64,000 nt of DNA from contig OZ241867.1 in the NCBI GenBank assembly GCA_965203175.1, positions 3,648,001 to 3,712,000 on the forward strand, given 5' to 3'. The position numbers were made by a program, and so were the translations under genes. The stretch comes from Candidatus Latescibacterota bacterium. Lineage in GTDB: Bacteria > Latescibacterota > UBA2968 > UBA8231. The notes below the pieces were generated by a model. The model was not told the DNA's origin, did no database searches, and saw nothing but the letters and a program-made list of their open reading frames with translations. Of the stretch, positions 38,153-46,184 are shown piece by piece; the first letter of the stretch is position 1; each line of letters opens with the position of its first letter.

Positions 38153-38987
38153 GCGGGATCAGGCGATTGGCAAGGACGCGGATGTTGTGCTCAATGGTGG
38201 GGGCGTCCGGGGCATCGCCGGCTTGACGGAGGTACTCATTAAATGCCTCAATGGCCTTGAGGTACTCGCCGGTGTGGTGATAGAGGAAGCCGAGGTCGCG
38301 GTAGTTTTCGGCTTCGTCTGGCTGTAGATACGCGATTTTCTCGGCCCAGCGGATGGCGGTGGAAAACTCGCGGGCTTGGAAGTGGAGGCGTTTGAGGTTG
38401 CGGAGCATGCGCGCCAATATGTGCAGCGACGAGGTCGGCTCGATGAACTCAGGGGCCAATTCGAGCCGGCGTCCCTCAATGACCGGTAGCCGCTCGCCCA
38501 AGGACTTGCCATCGACAAAAGCGCCGTCGGCAAAGGGATCGACGAAGAGCGGCTCGTCGCCTTGGGTGCTGCGCACGAGGAAGTGGTGCGGAAAATTGAC
38601 CCCTGCGAGGGGGAAAGACAGCCGCTTGCCCAATTCTAGATAGACGACCGCTAGGGTGATGGGAATGCCGAGGCGGCGATCGAGGACCTCGTTGAGGTAG
38701 CTGTTGCGGGGATCGTCGTAGTGGGCGCGGTTGCCGCGGAAGCCGAGGTCGCCGAACACGTATTGGCTCAGGTTGGCCAGCGAGGCCGACAGGGAGTCGG
38801 CCGCGGCATAGCGGGAGCGAAAGTCCTCGCTGAGCGCGTCGAGTTGCCGCAGGTAGTGCTCGATATCGAGGTTGGGATACGCTTGCCGGGCGATGAATAA
38901 GGCTCCGCGGGCGAGGTCGATCTCGCCGGAGGAGTCACGTGCTTTTTGGACGAGCGCGAAGAAAGGATCGGAAGGCCGTGGGCGCAT
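38145..38987 (-). CDS. SirB1/YchA-like transglutaminase-like protein with TPR
   Basis: GFRGNRAHYDDPRNSYLNEVLDRRLGIPITL, GVNFPHHFLVR, C-terminal TPR. Confidence 0.88.
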   Translation of the reverse strand: MRPRPSDPFFALVQKARDSSGEIDLARGALFIARQAYPNLDIEHYLRQLDALSEDFRSRYAAADSLSASLANLSQYVFGDLGFRGNRAHYDDPRNSYLNEVLDRRLGIPITLAVVYLELGKRLSFPLAGVNFPHHFLVRSTQGDEPLFVDPFADGAFVDGKSLGERLPVIEGRRLELAPEFIEPTSSLHILARMLRNLKRLHFQAREFSTAIRWAEKIAYLQPDEAENYRDLGFLYHHTGEYLKAIEAFNEYLRQAGDAPDAPTIEHNIRVLANRLIPLN

Positions 38988-39004
38988 AAAAGCTGCGGCC
39001 TCGG

Positions 39005-39994
39005 TTAGACGCTGCGGTTGTGGATCCAACTAAACCGCAGCGGTGCGGTGCCATTTAGCCGCCGCTCATTGCGCTCGGCTAGTCTGGCGTAGCGCGGCCC
39101 GAGCGAGCATAAGTAGTCTTGGGCGGCGGCCGCTTCTCCGGTGAGGCCGCAAAGCGAATCCAACTCCCACTGGCGGACTAGATGCTGGATGATTTCTGCG
39201 TAGTGCTTGGCCGTGTACACCCCGAGCCGCTGGGCTACAATCGAGAAGTGTTCAAAAAGGTCGGGATCTTGCCCGTCGGTCATTAGATGAGCGGGCATGA
39301 CGACTTGGCGTTTCATCAGGTCGCGGAAGGCCAATATTGCGCCGGTGGGATCTAGCTCAAAAATTTTCTTGATAAAGTTCGTGTACGCTTTTTCGTGGCG
39401 GGCTTCGTCGCCGGCCACGACGCCGCAGATAGTCTTGAGGTGCGAATCTCCAGCCCTTTGCGCCAAGCGGGCCACGTTGCTGTGAGAGATGCGGGTCGCC
39501 CGCTCTTGGAAAGACGTATAGACGAAACCCTTGTAGGGGTCTTGGGCGGCTTGCGGGTTGAAGCCGTTGCGCAGCAGGTATTGGATCGTCGTCTCGATGG
39601 CGCGCATATCGACGCGACCGGTGAGGAAAAGGTACTTGTTGAGCAGGTCGCCGTGGCGGTTTTCCTCGGCCGTCCAACCGCGCGACCACTGGGCCCACGG
39701 GCTGGGATCCGTGCCGGTGGTGTCTGACACGCCTTCAAAGCTGTTGAGCAAGGTCTGATAGGTGGGCAGAGCTTCCTCGGTGATCATGTCGCCGACTAGG
39801 ACGACGAGGACGTCGTCGGGAAGCGCTTGAGCGCGGGTGCGGAATTCGCGGATGGAGTCTTCCCAGTTTTCCTCGCCCACATTGGGGAGAAAATCGTCGG
39901 GCTGCCAACTATCCTCTACGGATTTGAGCAACTTGAGCTGGTCCCTAACAAAATCCTCCATGCTCGCGATGACTTCTCTCTTGTGCGGATTCAA
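39005..39994 (-). CDS. Soluble di-iron acyl-ACP desaturase (plant stearoyl-ACP / mycobacterial DesA type)
   Basis: WQPDDFLP, GDMITEEALPTY, WTAEENRHGDLL, YTSFQERAT, DEARHE. Confidence 0.93.
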   Translation of the reverse strand: MNPHKREVIASMEDFVRDQLKLLKSVEDSWQPDDFLPNVGEENWEDSIREFRTRAQALPDDVLVVLVGDMITEEALPTYQTLLNSFEGVSDTTGTDPSPWAQWSRGWTAEENRHGDLLNKYLFLTGRVDMRAIETTIQYLLRNGFNPQAAQDPYKGFVYTSFQERATRISHSNVARLAQRAGDSHLKTICGVVAGDEARHEKAYTNFIKKIFELDPTGAILAFRDLMKRQVVMPAHLMTDGQDPDLFEHFSIVAQRLGVYTAKHYAEIIQHLVRQWELDSLCGLTGEAAAAQDYLCSLGPRYARLAERNERRLNGTAPLRFSWIHNRSV

Positions 39995-40172
39995 CTGAGT
40001 TTCTCCATCACTAAGTGATAAAAAAATACCCTAACCGGGTACTCGGGCGGCATGGTTTTGTAGACATAAATACTGAATATAAGACAAAATGTACAAGTTG
40101 AGCTATCGATTCAAGCAGTTTTTACTCGGTAGCCCTTTGTTGAAGCAACAAGCGAGTATATTGCAAAACGAA

Positions 40173-40210
40173 TGTTTTGTATATAAAACAAATGTAATAT
40201 AATATAAACA
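40173..40210. promoter_or_regulatory. Two tandem 18-bp TGT-N12-ACA boxes (candidate enhancer for a Fis-HTH activator)
   Basis: TGTTTTGTATATAAAACA (40173-40190) and TGTAATATAATATAAACA (40193-40210). Confidence 0.55.
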
Positions 40211-40363
40211 AATTCTTTTAGCCCGTCAACGCGCGCCGCAATGTACGAGCGGCTGGCGACAGTCGCCAAAAGTGGCGAACGCCGCCATAAACGCGGGCGA
40301 TGCTCACGCACCTCTTAATCTTATCCGGTTGTTTACAAATAAGTTATGATCTGAGCAAAACGG

Positions 40364-40379
40364 CGGTACGCCCTTTGCT
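40364..40379 (+). promoter_or_regulatory. Sigma54-type -24/-12 promoter
   Basis: CGGTACGCCCTTTGCT fits GG-N10-GC, about 45 nt upstream of the HTH-pspA operon. Confidence 0.6.
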
Positions 40380-40423
40380 GATAAACGGGGTGAATCCCTT
40401 ACCCCAACAAGGAGGATACCTTG

Positions 40424-40618
40424 GTGAACAGAGGATTTAGTAGGGAGCAGATCGAGCGCGTAGCGCGGATGTACAAATGCAATCAGGACGCCAGCCGGGC
40501 GCTGGGGATCACGATTCGCAGCTTTAGCCGGCTCTGCCGCAAATACGAGATTGAATCGCCTTTTGCGCGGCGACGGCGGCAGCGCGGTCAGGCGACCCAA
40601 AGCCCTAACTTTGAATAG
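40424..40618 (+). CDS. Small stand-alone Fis-type helix-turn-helix protein
   Basis: AAGGAGG RBS. NQDASRALGITIRSFSRLCRKYEI resembles the Fis-type HTH N.S.AA..LGI.R.TL.RK..KY. Start is TTG 40421 or GTG 40424. Confidence 0.7.
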   Translation: MNRGFSREQIERVARMYKCNQDASRALGITIRSFSRLCRKYEIESPFARRRRQRGQATQSPNFE

Positions 40619-40628
40619 GAGGCATATC

Positions 40629-41294
40629 ATGGGAGCAATAGAACGGATCGCCGCCATCTGGAAAGCGAACCTCAACGAGGTGCTGGACCGGATCGAGGAT
40701 CCAGCAAAGATGGTGGATCAGATCGTCCGCGACGCAGAGCGCGCCGTTGACCAAGCGGTAGCCTCGCTGGTCAAGGCGCGGGCCACCAAGCGGCGTCTAG
40801 AGCGCGACCTCCAGCGCAACGCCGAGCAGATACAGATGTGGCAAGCGAAAGCCACAGCCGCGGTGGAGGCCGGAAACGACGAGGGCGCGCGGCTCGCCTT
40901 GATACAGAAGACGGAGCTGGATCAGGCGCATGTGCGTCTGGAACCGGCCCTCGCAGAAAGCTGTGATACCGTGGCTGAGCTAGAGGAGCAGGTCGAGGTC
41001 CTGCGCCAAAAGCTGCGCGATATCCGCGCGCGGCGGGGCAAGCTAATCGCCCGCTGTTGCGCTGAGCGCGAGCGCGGTGTAGCATTCGGCGAAGACACGT
41101 CTGCGCATCGCTTTGACGCGATCGCGCAGCGGGTGCAGCAGAGCGAGCGCGAGTTGGCGCGCTTTGAGGAGGAGGTCGATCAGGCCGTCGCCGAGGCCGA
41201 AGTGCTGCGCGAATTAGCCGCTAAGCGCCGCGCCGAGCGCGACCACAAAGTCGCGGAGGAACTGGCCGCACTGAAAGCGGAAAAGATATCGTAA
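40629..41294 (+). CDS. pspA: PspA/IM30 family protein
   Basis: MGAIERIAAIWKANLNEVLDRIEDPAKM, A..A...G.DE.AR.AL, coiled coil, ELAALK end. AGGAGG RBS. Confidence 0.9.
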   Translation: MGAIERIAAIWKANLNEVLDRIEDPAKMVDQIVRDAERAVDQAVASLVKARATKRRLERDLQRNAEQIQMWQAKATAAVEAGNDEGARLALIQKTELDQAHVRLEPALAESCDTVAELEEQVEVLRQKLRDIRARRGKLIARCCAERERGVAFGEDTSAHRFDAIAQRVQQSERELARFEEEVDQAVAEAEVLRELAAKRRAERDHKVAEELAALKAEKIS

Positions 41295-41306
41295 AGGAGG
41301 CCGGTC

Positions 41307-41675
41307 ATGTTGGCCAGAATACTAGGTGTGCTATTGATAATTGGGGGCGTTGCTTGGGGGATCGAACTGATTTGGCCCTTGTTCGGCGGCCTCTTTGGTT
41401 TGCTCGGCGCGGTCGCGGTCGTCCTCTTGGCCGCCGGGGCGCTCTACATAGGTCTGCGCTTGTTGCGCGGCGAGAGCATCTTGGGTCGGGTCGTCGGGGC
41501 CTTGATCCTGCTCGCTGGGATCTGGCTGGCCTTTTGGGCGGCGTTTAGCTTGGTGGCCGGTGTCTTTGGGGCTGCGTTTTTGCTGTTGCAAGCCGCCTTG
41601 GTGCTGGCGCTGCTCTACGTGGGTTGGCGGTGGCTGGACAACGGCGAGTTTAGCCTGCGGAGATGGAGAATTTGA
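41307..41675 (+). CDS. Small four-TM membrane protein with internal duplication
   Basis: AAGGAGG RBS. Two repeats: LARILG...LYIGLRLLRGE and LGRVVG...LYVGWRWLDNGE. Confidence 0.8.
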   Translation: MLARILGVLLIIGGVAWGIELIWPLFGGLFGLLGAVAVVLLAAGALYIGLRLLRGESILGRVVGALILLAGIWLAFWAAFSLVAGVFGAAFLLLQAALVLALLYVGWRWLDNGEFSLRRWRI

Positions 41676-41709
41676 GGGCGAAAAAAACGCGTTGCAAGGA
41701 TTAAATTGC

Positions 41710-41762
41710 TTGACAACTGCACTTGTGTTCAGTATATTTTAATTACTGAACACAAGTGCAGT
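41710..41762 (+). promoter_or_regulatory. Near-consensus sigma70 promoter overlapped by a perfect 19-bp inverted repeat
   Basis: TTGACA (41710-41715), 17-nt spacer, TATATT (41733-41738). Arms ACTGCACTTGTGTTCAGTA (41716-41734) and TACTGAACACAAGTGCAGT (41744-41762). Confidence 0.85.
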
Positions 41763-41827
41763 AAAGCGATTTCCCAAGTCCTTTCTGGCGCACTCCCGAG
41801 CGCCAGTACTCCCTTAGGAGGTTTTCA

Positions 41828-42121
41828 ATGCACAGGCAGCGCGCATTCCCCATGTCCCCATCGATATCCCGTCTGGGCGGCGAGCTCAGTGCGGTCATCA
41901 ATCGGGTGCGGAGCGCTTTCGGCCCCATTCCCATGCACGGCTCGGCCGCCCGTCCCCAAGTCCAGCGGGCCGAGCAAGTCGTCGACCAAACTGCCCGTCA
42001 GCTTCTGCGCGGCGAGGCGGATTTGAGCGCGTGGTATCGGGTGCTGCGTCAGTACGAAGATGCTTGGATGCTAGAGTTGGAAAGGATTCGCGGTACTCGG
42101 ACCGAGCGCTGTGCGGCTTAG
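41828..42121 (+). CDS. Hypothetical 97-aa protein
   Basis: AGGAGG RBS and a strong promoter upstream. Converges on the BMC genes. Confidence 0.7.
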   Translation: MHRQRAFPMSPSISRLGGELSAVINRVRSAFGPIPMHGSAARPQVQRAEQVVDQTARQLLRGEADLSAWYRVLRQYEDAWMLELERIRGTRTERCAA

Positions 42122-42381
42122 TCGAGGCGTATCTCGTCCACCTTGCCGACGATAGCTGCATCCACAGGCAGGGGAGGGGTGAAGGCGTTGCAGGCTTCGC
42201 GCGCGACCTCGACGATCACCGCGTCTCCCTCACGCAGGGCTGCCCACGTCGCGCAGACCTCGGCCTCGCCCATAGGCTCTAGACGCTCGTCGATGTCTTG
42301 GGTCAGGTGCAATATCTGGCCGTGGAACGGCTCAATGCACTGCGAGAGCACTACGGTGCCCACCACCTTGGCTAGCTTCAC
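42118..42381 (-). CDS. EutN/CcmL family microcompartment vertex protein (BMC-P) 3
   Basis: MKLAKVVGTVV...PVDAAIVGKVD. GTG start at 42381 overlaps the upstream stop. Confidence 0.85.
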   Translation of the reverse strand: MKLAKVVGTVVLSQCIEPFHGQILHLTQDIDERLEPMGEAEVCATWAALREGDAVIVEVAREACNAFTPPLPVDAAIVGKVDEIRLD

Positions 42382-42641
42382 TCGGCGACCTCCTCTTCGT
42401 CGATAATGCCCACGATCACGCTCCTGCATGGCGGGCGCTCAGCCCCGGTCACCTCGGTCCCGGCAGCTCCTGACTGCACGACTAGCACTTTGTTGCCGAC
42501 CCCCGCCTGAACCCCATCCACCGCCACCTGCAAAGCGCCACTCTCCTCGTCTTCAGGGCGCACTACCATGATCTTCTGCCCGGCGAGCAAGGGATGTTTG
42601 CTGCTGGCGACTACGTGGCCAATGACGCGGCAAACCCTCAT
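42378..42641 (-). CDS. EutN/CcmL family microcompartment vertex protein (BMC-P) 2
   Basis: VIGHVVASSKHPLLAGQK, VAVDGVQAGVG, IVGIID. Confidence 0.9.
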   Translation of the reverse strand: MRVCRVIGHVVASSKHPLLAGQKIMVVRPEDEESGALQVAVDGVQAGVGNKVLVVQSGAAGTEVTGAERPPCRSVIVGIIDEEEVAE

Positions 42642-42940
42642 GCGACTTGCTTTTCTAGGGGGCGTCCAAATGCCTGTAGCGAATCTACGATGCCGATGAT
42701 CAGCGCATCTACTGGCATCTGATCCATGCCCGGTGCCTGCCGCGCCGAGCTGCCCTGTACGACGACGACGAGTTCGCCCTCGCCCGCTTGCACGCCGTCA
42801 ATGCAGACGATGTGCTTTTGCGTGCGCTGCAAGCCTTCGGGCGTGGCGGCGAGGATCTCGACTATTAAGAGTTTCTCGCCCTCAAGGGCATCTACCTTGG
42901 CGCTGGAGACTACATGACCTTTGACGAGGCCGAGTATCAC
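42638..42940 (-). CDS. EutN/CcmL family microcompartment vertex protein (BMC-P) 1
   Basis: GHVVSSAK..L.G.KLL, DGVQAGEGE, GSSAR, PVDALIIGIVD. Confidence 0.92.
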   Translation of the reverse strand: MILGLVKGHVVSSAKVDALEGEKLLIVEILAATPEGLQRTQKHIVCIDGVQAGEGELVVVVQGSSARQAPGMDQMPVDALIIGIVDSLQAFGRPLEKQVA

Positions 42941-44193
42941 GGGCTTTCCTCAAAGAGTTGCAAGCTGGCGGTGTCGATTGCTTGCGCGTCGTACCCGTAT
43001 AAGCCAACGACCTTATCTAGCACTTGGTCCATGAGGACATCCGGGCAGGATGCACCCGAGGTTATGATCAGTCGCACGGGCAGGGGACGCGGTAGCCAGC
43101 CTTCGCTCTCGATTATTTTCTTAGAGTGGACGTCGAAATGGCGGATGCGCTGGTCCGATAGGATCTCGTCGCTGTTGGCGATGAGGAAGCTCGGCATGGA
43201 TTGGAGACACAGCTCGACTAAATGCGAGGTGTTCGAGCTGTTGTAGCCGCCAACGATCAGCGCCAAATCGGCACCGGAGCTTAGCAGCGTGCGCGTGGCG
43301 TTTTGGTTTTGGTGGGTGGCATAGCACAAGGTGTCGTTGGTGTCGGCGCAGTGGTAGTCGAGGTTTTCCTCGCCATAGCGCTGGCGCATGGCGCGGCGCA
43401 AAATGGCGGCCACTTCCTGCGTTTCCTCGGCGAGCATGGTCGTCTGGTTGACCACGGCCACTCGCTCTAGGTCCTTTTGCGGGTCGAAATCCTCTGAACC
43501 TTTACCGGCAAAGGCGCGCTCAAAGTCGGCAAGCGGCAGCGCACCCGTGATGTACGCGGCTACCTTCTCGGCTTCGGCGGCGTCGAGCACCACTAGGGTT
43601 TTGGTGTGTTCTTCGGTGTGCGAATGAGTCGCTTGGGTTTCCTCGTGGTTGTACTTGCCGTGGATGATGATGGTATAGCCTTGGCGGCCTAGCTCCTCGC
43701 CGCGCTTCCACACCTTGGATACAAAGGGGCAAGTGGTATCGTAGTTTTCCCGGTATTCCTCAGACTCGATGTCGATGCCGCTTTGGCGGAGCGAGTCCTC
43801 GATCTGCATAGTGGTGCCAAAGGCCGGGATGAGCGCGAGGTCGTCGCTGCTCAGTTCTTCCTCGGAGACTTGGCGGTCGCCCTCGGAGTCGTAGATGAAG
43901 CGGACGCCTTGCTTTTTGAGGTCGTTGTTGACTAAGGGGTTGTGGATGATCTCGTTGACGAGGTACGCGTTGCGATCCGGGTTTTCCTTGACGGCTGAAA
44001 AGGCCATGTGAATGGCCCGTTCTACCCCAAAGCAAAAGCCAAAGTGCCGGGGGATTAAGACCTGTAGCTGACCGATTTGCAAGAGCGTCGGGCACAGCGA
44101 GCGCTTGCCGTTTTCTAGGCGGTAGTCCTTGACGCGCTGGATGGTGGGGCCGGCGTAGTGATTGGGAACCTGGTCGAATTGCTGATACGCCAT
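42937..44193 (-). CDS. ispH: 4-hydroxy-3-methylbut-2-enyl diphosphate reductase (long form)
   Basis: GFCFGVERA, EIIHNP, DTTCPFV, HEET, NQTTM, DTLCYAT, NSSNTSHL, SGASCPD. Confidence 0.95.
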   Translation of the reverse strand: MAYQQFDQVPNHYAGPTIQRVKDYRLENGKRSLCPTLLQIGQLQVLIPRHFGFCFGVERAIHMAFSAVKENPDRNAYLVNEIIHNPLVNNDLKKQGVRFIYDSEGDRQVSEEELSSDDLALIPAFGTTMQIEDSLRQSGIDIESEEYRENYDTTCPFVSKVWKRGEELGRQGYTIIIHGKYNHEETQATHSHTEEHTKTLVVLDAAEAEKVAAYITGALPLADFERAFAGKGSEDFDPQKDLERVAVVNQTTMLAEETQEVAAILRRAMRQRYGEENLDYHCADTNDTLCYATHQNQNATRTLLSSGADLALIVGGYNSSNTSHLVELCLQSMPSFLIANSDEILSDQRIRHFDVHSKKIIESEGWLPRPLPVRLIITSGASCPDVLMDQVLDKVVGLYGYDAQAIDTASLQLFEESP

Positions 44194-44326
44194 GCGAACT
44201 CCTTGTGGAATTTCTATGGAAGTACATAGTACAGCATCAGGTTAAGCTGTCAATAGTGCGCCCTGCTCGGGGCCGGGCGATTGGTTATATTGCTCGGTGT
44301 CGGATTTATCTATACAGGAGCAACCA

Positions 44327-45406
44327 ATGAAATTCGTCATTCGCGCCGGAGGGGTCGGCACGCGACTGTGGCCTTATAGCCGAGCGCGCAAGCCCAAGCA
44401 ATTCCACTGCATGGCCGGCGAGCAGACTATGCTGCAAGACGCGGTCGCCCGCATTGGCGCAATTGCCGCGCCAGCCGATGTGTACATATCGACCGGACAC
44501 CCATTGCGGTCGCTGGTGAGCGAGCAGGTGCCGACGCTGCCGCCCGAGCAGCTAATCGTCGAGCCGGCGCTGCGCAATACTGGACCGGCCATCGGCTTGG
44601 AGTGCGCGCTGTTAGAAGCCCGCCATCCAGGCTGCACGGTCGCCAGTTTGGGATCGGATCACTACATAGGTCGGCCCGAGGAGTTCTGCCGCTTGTTGCA
44701 GGTCGCCGACCAAGCCCTAAATAAATGGCCCGACTACTTGTTTACGCTTGGGGTCAAGCCGACGCGCGCTGAGACTGGTTATGGCTATATTCGCCGCGGC
44801 CCTGTGCTAGCAGAGGTGGACGGAACGCCCGTGTACGAAGTCGCCGAGTTTACTGAAAAGCCCGCCGCACAACAGGCGGCCGAGTACGCGGCTAGCGGCC
44901 ACTATTTGTGGAACAGCAACATGTTTGTCTGGAAGGCGGCGACCGTGCTGGAGCTTTTTGCCCGCTTTGAGCCGGAAATGCACGACGGATTGCAGCGCAT
45001 CCAAGCCGCCGTTGGCACGCCGGAAGAGGAAGCGGTCATCGCCCGCGAGTATCCAAAACTCAAACCGATCTCCATCGACCACGCCTTGGTCGAGCGCACC
45101 TCCAAGGTCGCCACGCTAGAGGCCGATATCGACTGGGGCGACATCGGCTCTTGGGCGGCGCTGACGGATGTGTTGCCGACGGATGCGGCGGGCAATTTGC
45201 TATCGGGCGAGGTGGTGGCGTTGGACGCGGCCCGTTCGACGGTGTACGGGCAGGCCGACAAGGTCGTGCTGCTGCTGGGGGTGGAGGACTTGGTGGTGGT
45301 GGATACCGAAGACGCGCTGCTGGTGTGTGCGAAGGGGGCGGCTCAGCAGGTGAAAGACGCGGTGGATCTGCTAAAAGAAAAGCAGGGGTACGAGAAATAT
45401 CTCTAG
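44327..45406 (+). CDS. Mannose-1-phosphate guanylyltransferase
   Basis: AGGVGTRLWPYSR..PKQF, RNTGPAI, TGYGYI, FTEKP, WNSNMF, WGDIGSW. Confidence 0.92.
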   Translation: MKFVIRAGGVGTRLWPYSRARKPKQFHCMAGEQTMLQDAVARIGAIAAPADVYISTGHPLRSLVSEQVPTLPPEQLIVEPALRNTGPAIGLECALLEARHPGCTVASLGSDHYIGRPEEFCRLLQVADQALNKWPDYLFTLGVKPTRAETGYGYIRRGPVLAEVDGTPVYEVAEFTEKPAAQQAAEYAASGHYLWNSNMFVWKAATVLELFARFEPEMHDGLQRIQAAVGTPEEEAVIAREYPKLKPISIDHALVERTSKVATLEADIDWGDIGSWAALTDVLPTDAAGNLLSGEVVALDAARSTVYGQADKVVLLLGVEDLVVVDTEDALLVCAKGAAQQVKDAVDLLKEKQGYEKYL

Positions 45407-45408
45407 GT

Positions 45409-46167
45409 TCACTCTACGTCGAGGATGTAGCGCGCTAGCGGCGAGAGCCGTTGGGCGGTTGCGGGCCGCAAGTACTCGCGCTGGTTGGTCTGCTGTGGGT
45501 GCTCGCGGGCGATAAAGGCGCAGTGCAGGGTGCGGCGGGGGGCGTTACTGTCGTTGCGATACGAGCTGTGCCAGAGGCTGCCGTTGAACACGGCGACCGA
45601 GCCGGCGCGGCCCGTTAACTGCACTTGCTCGGGGTGATCGGCCAAGGGATCGGCCACGTGGTCGGCGACCCTGCCGGGTTTGCGGTGACTGGCGGGGACG
45701 CAGCGGGTCGCGCCGTTGACTTGGGTGAAATCGTCGAGCATCCACATGGAGTTGACGACGTGGTACGGCCCGCCGGGCACAGTGTGTTGACCCCAATCCG
45801 CATGTAGGGCTTGTAAACCGTTGCCGGGCAGTGGATCGTGCCCATTGAGCGAGTGCAGCTTAAACGGCCGCTGCAAGACGTGGAAGACTGCCGTCAGCAG
45901 CGTCGGTTGTAGGTACACGGCGTCGAAGACCGTTCCTTTGTTGACCAAATCGGCGAGGCGGCGCACGCCTTCAACTTGGGAGACCTCAGCGCCGGCTTTG
46001 TCGCCTTCGCGGGCAAAGGTCGCGTCAAAAGCACGGCGCAACTCGGCCAGCCAGTCGGGGGCGATGACCTCTTCCAATATGACGAAGCCGTTGGTGTCCA
46101 GCGCGCTGCATTGCGCGGGCGTCAGCGGCTGGGGGACGAACCCTCGTTGCAACAGTTCGCTGTCCAA
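45409..46167 (-). CDS. Phytanoyl-CoA dioxygenase (PhyH) family Fe(II)/2-oxoglutarate oxygenase
   Basis: LHAD, WMLDDFT..NGAT..VPASH, LWHS. TTG start at 46167 behind AAGGA. Confidence 0.88.
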   Translation of the reverse strand: MDSELLQRGFVPQPLTPAQCSALDTNGFVILEEVIAPDWLAELRRAFDATFAREGDKAGAEVSQVEGVRRLADLVNKGTVFDAVYLQPTLLTAVFHVLQRPFKLHSLNGHDPLPGNGLQALHADWGQHTVPGGPYHVVNSMWMLDDFTQVNGATRCVPASHRKPGRVADHVADPLADHPEQVQLTGRAGSVAVFNGSLWHSSYRNDSNAPRRTLHCAFIAREHPQQTNQREYLRPATAQRLSPLARYILDVE

Positions 46168-46184
46168 AGCGGATGTTCCTTCGC

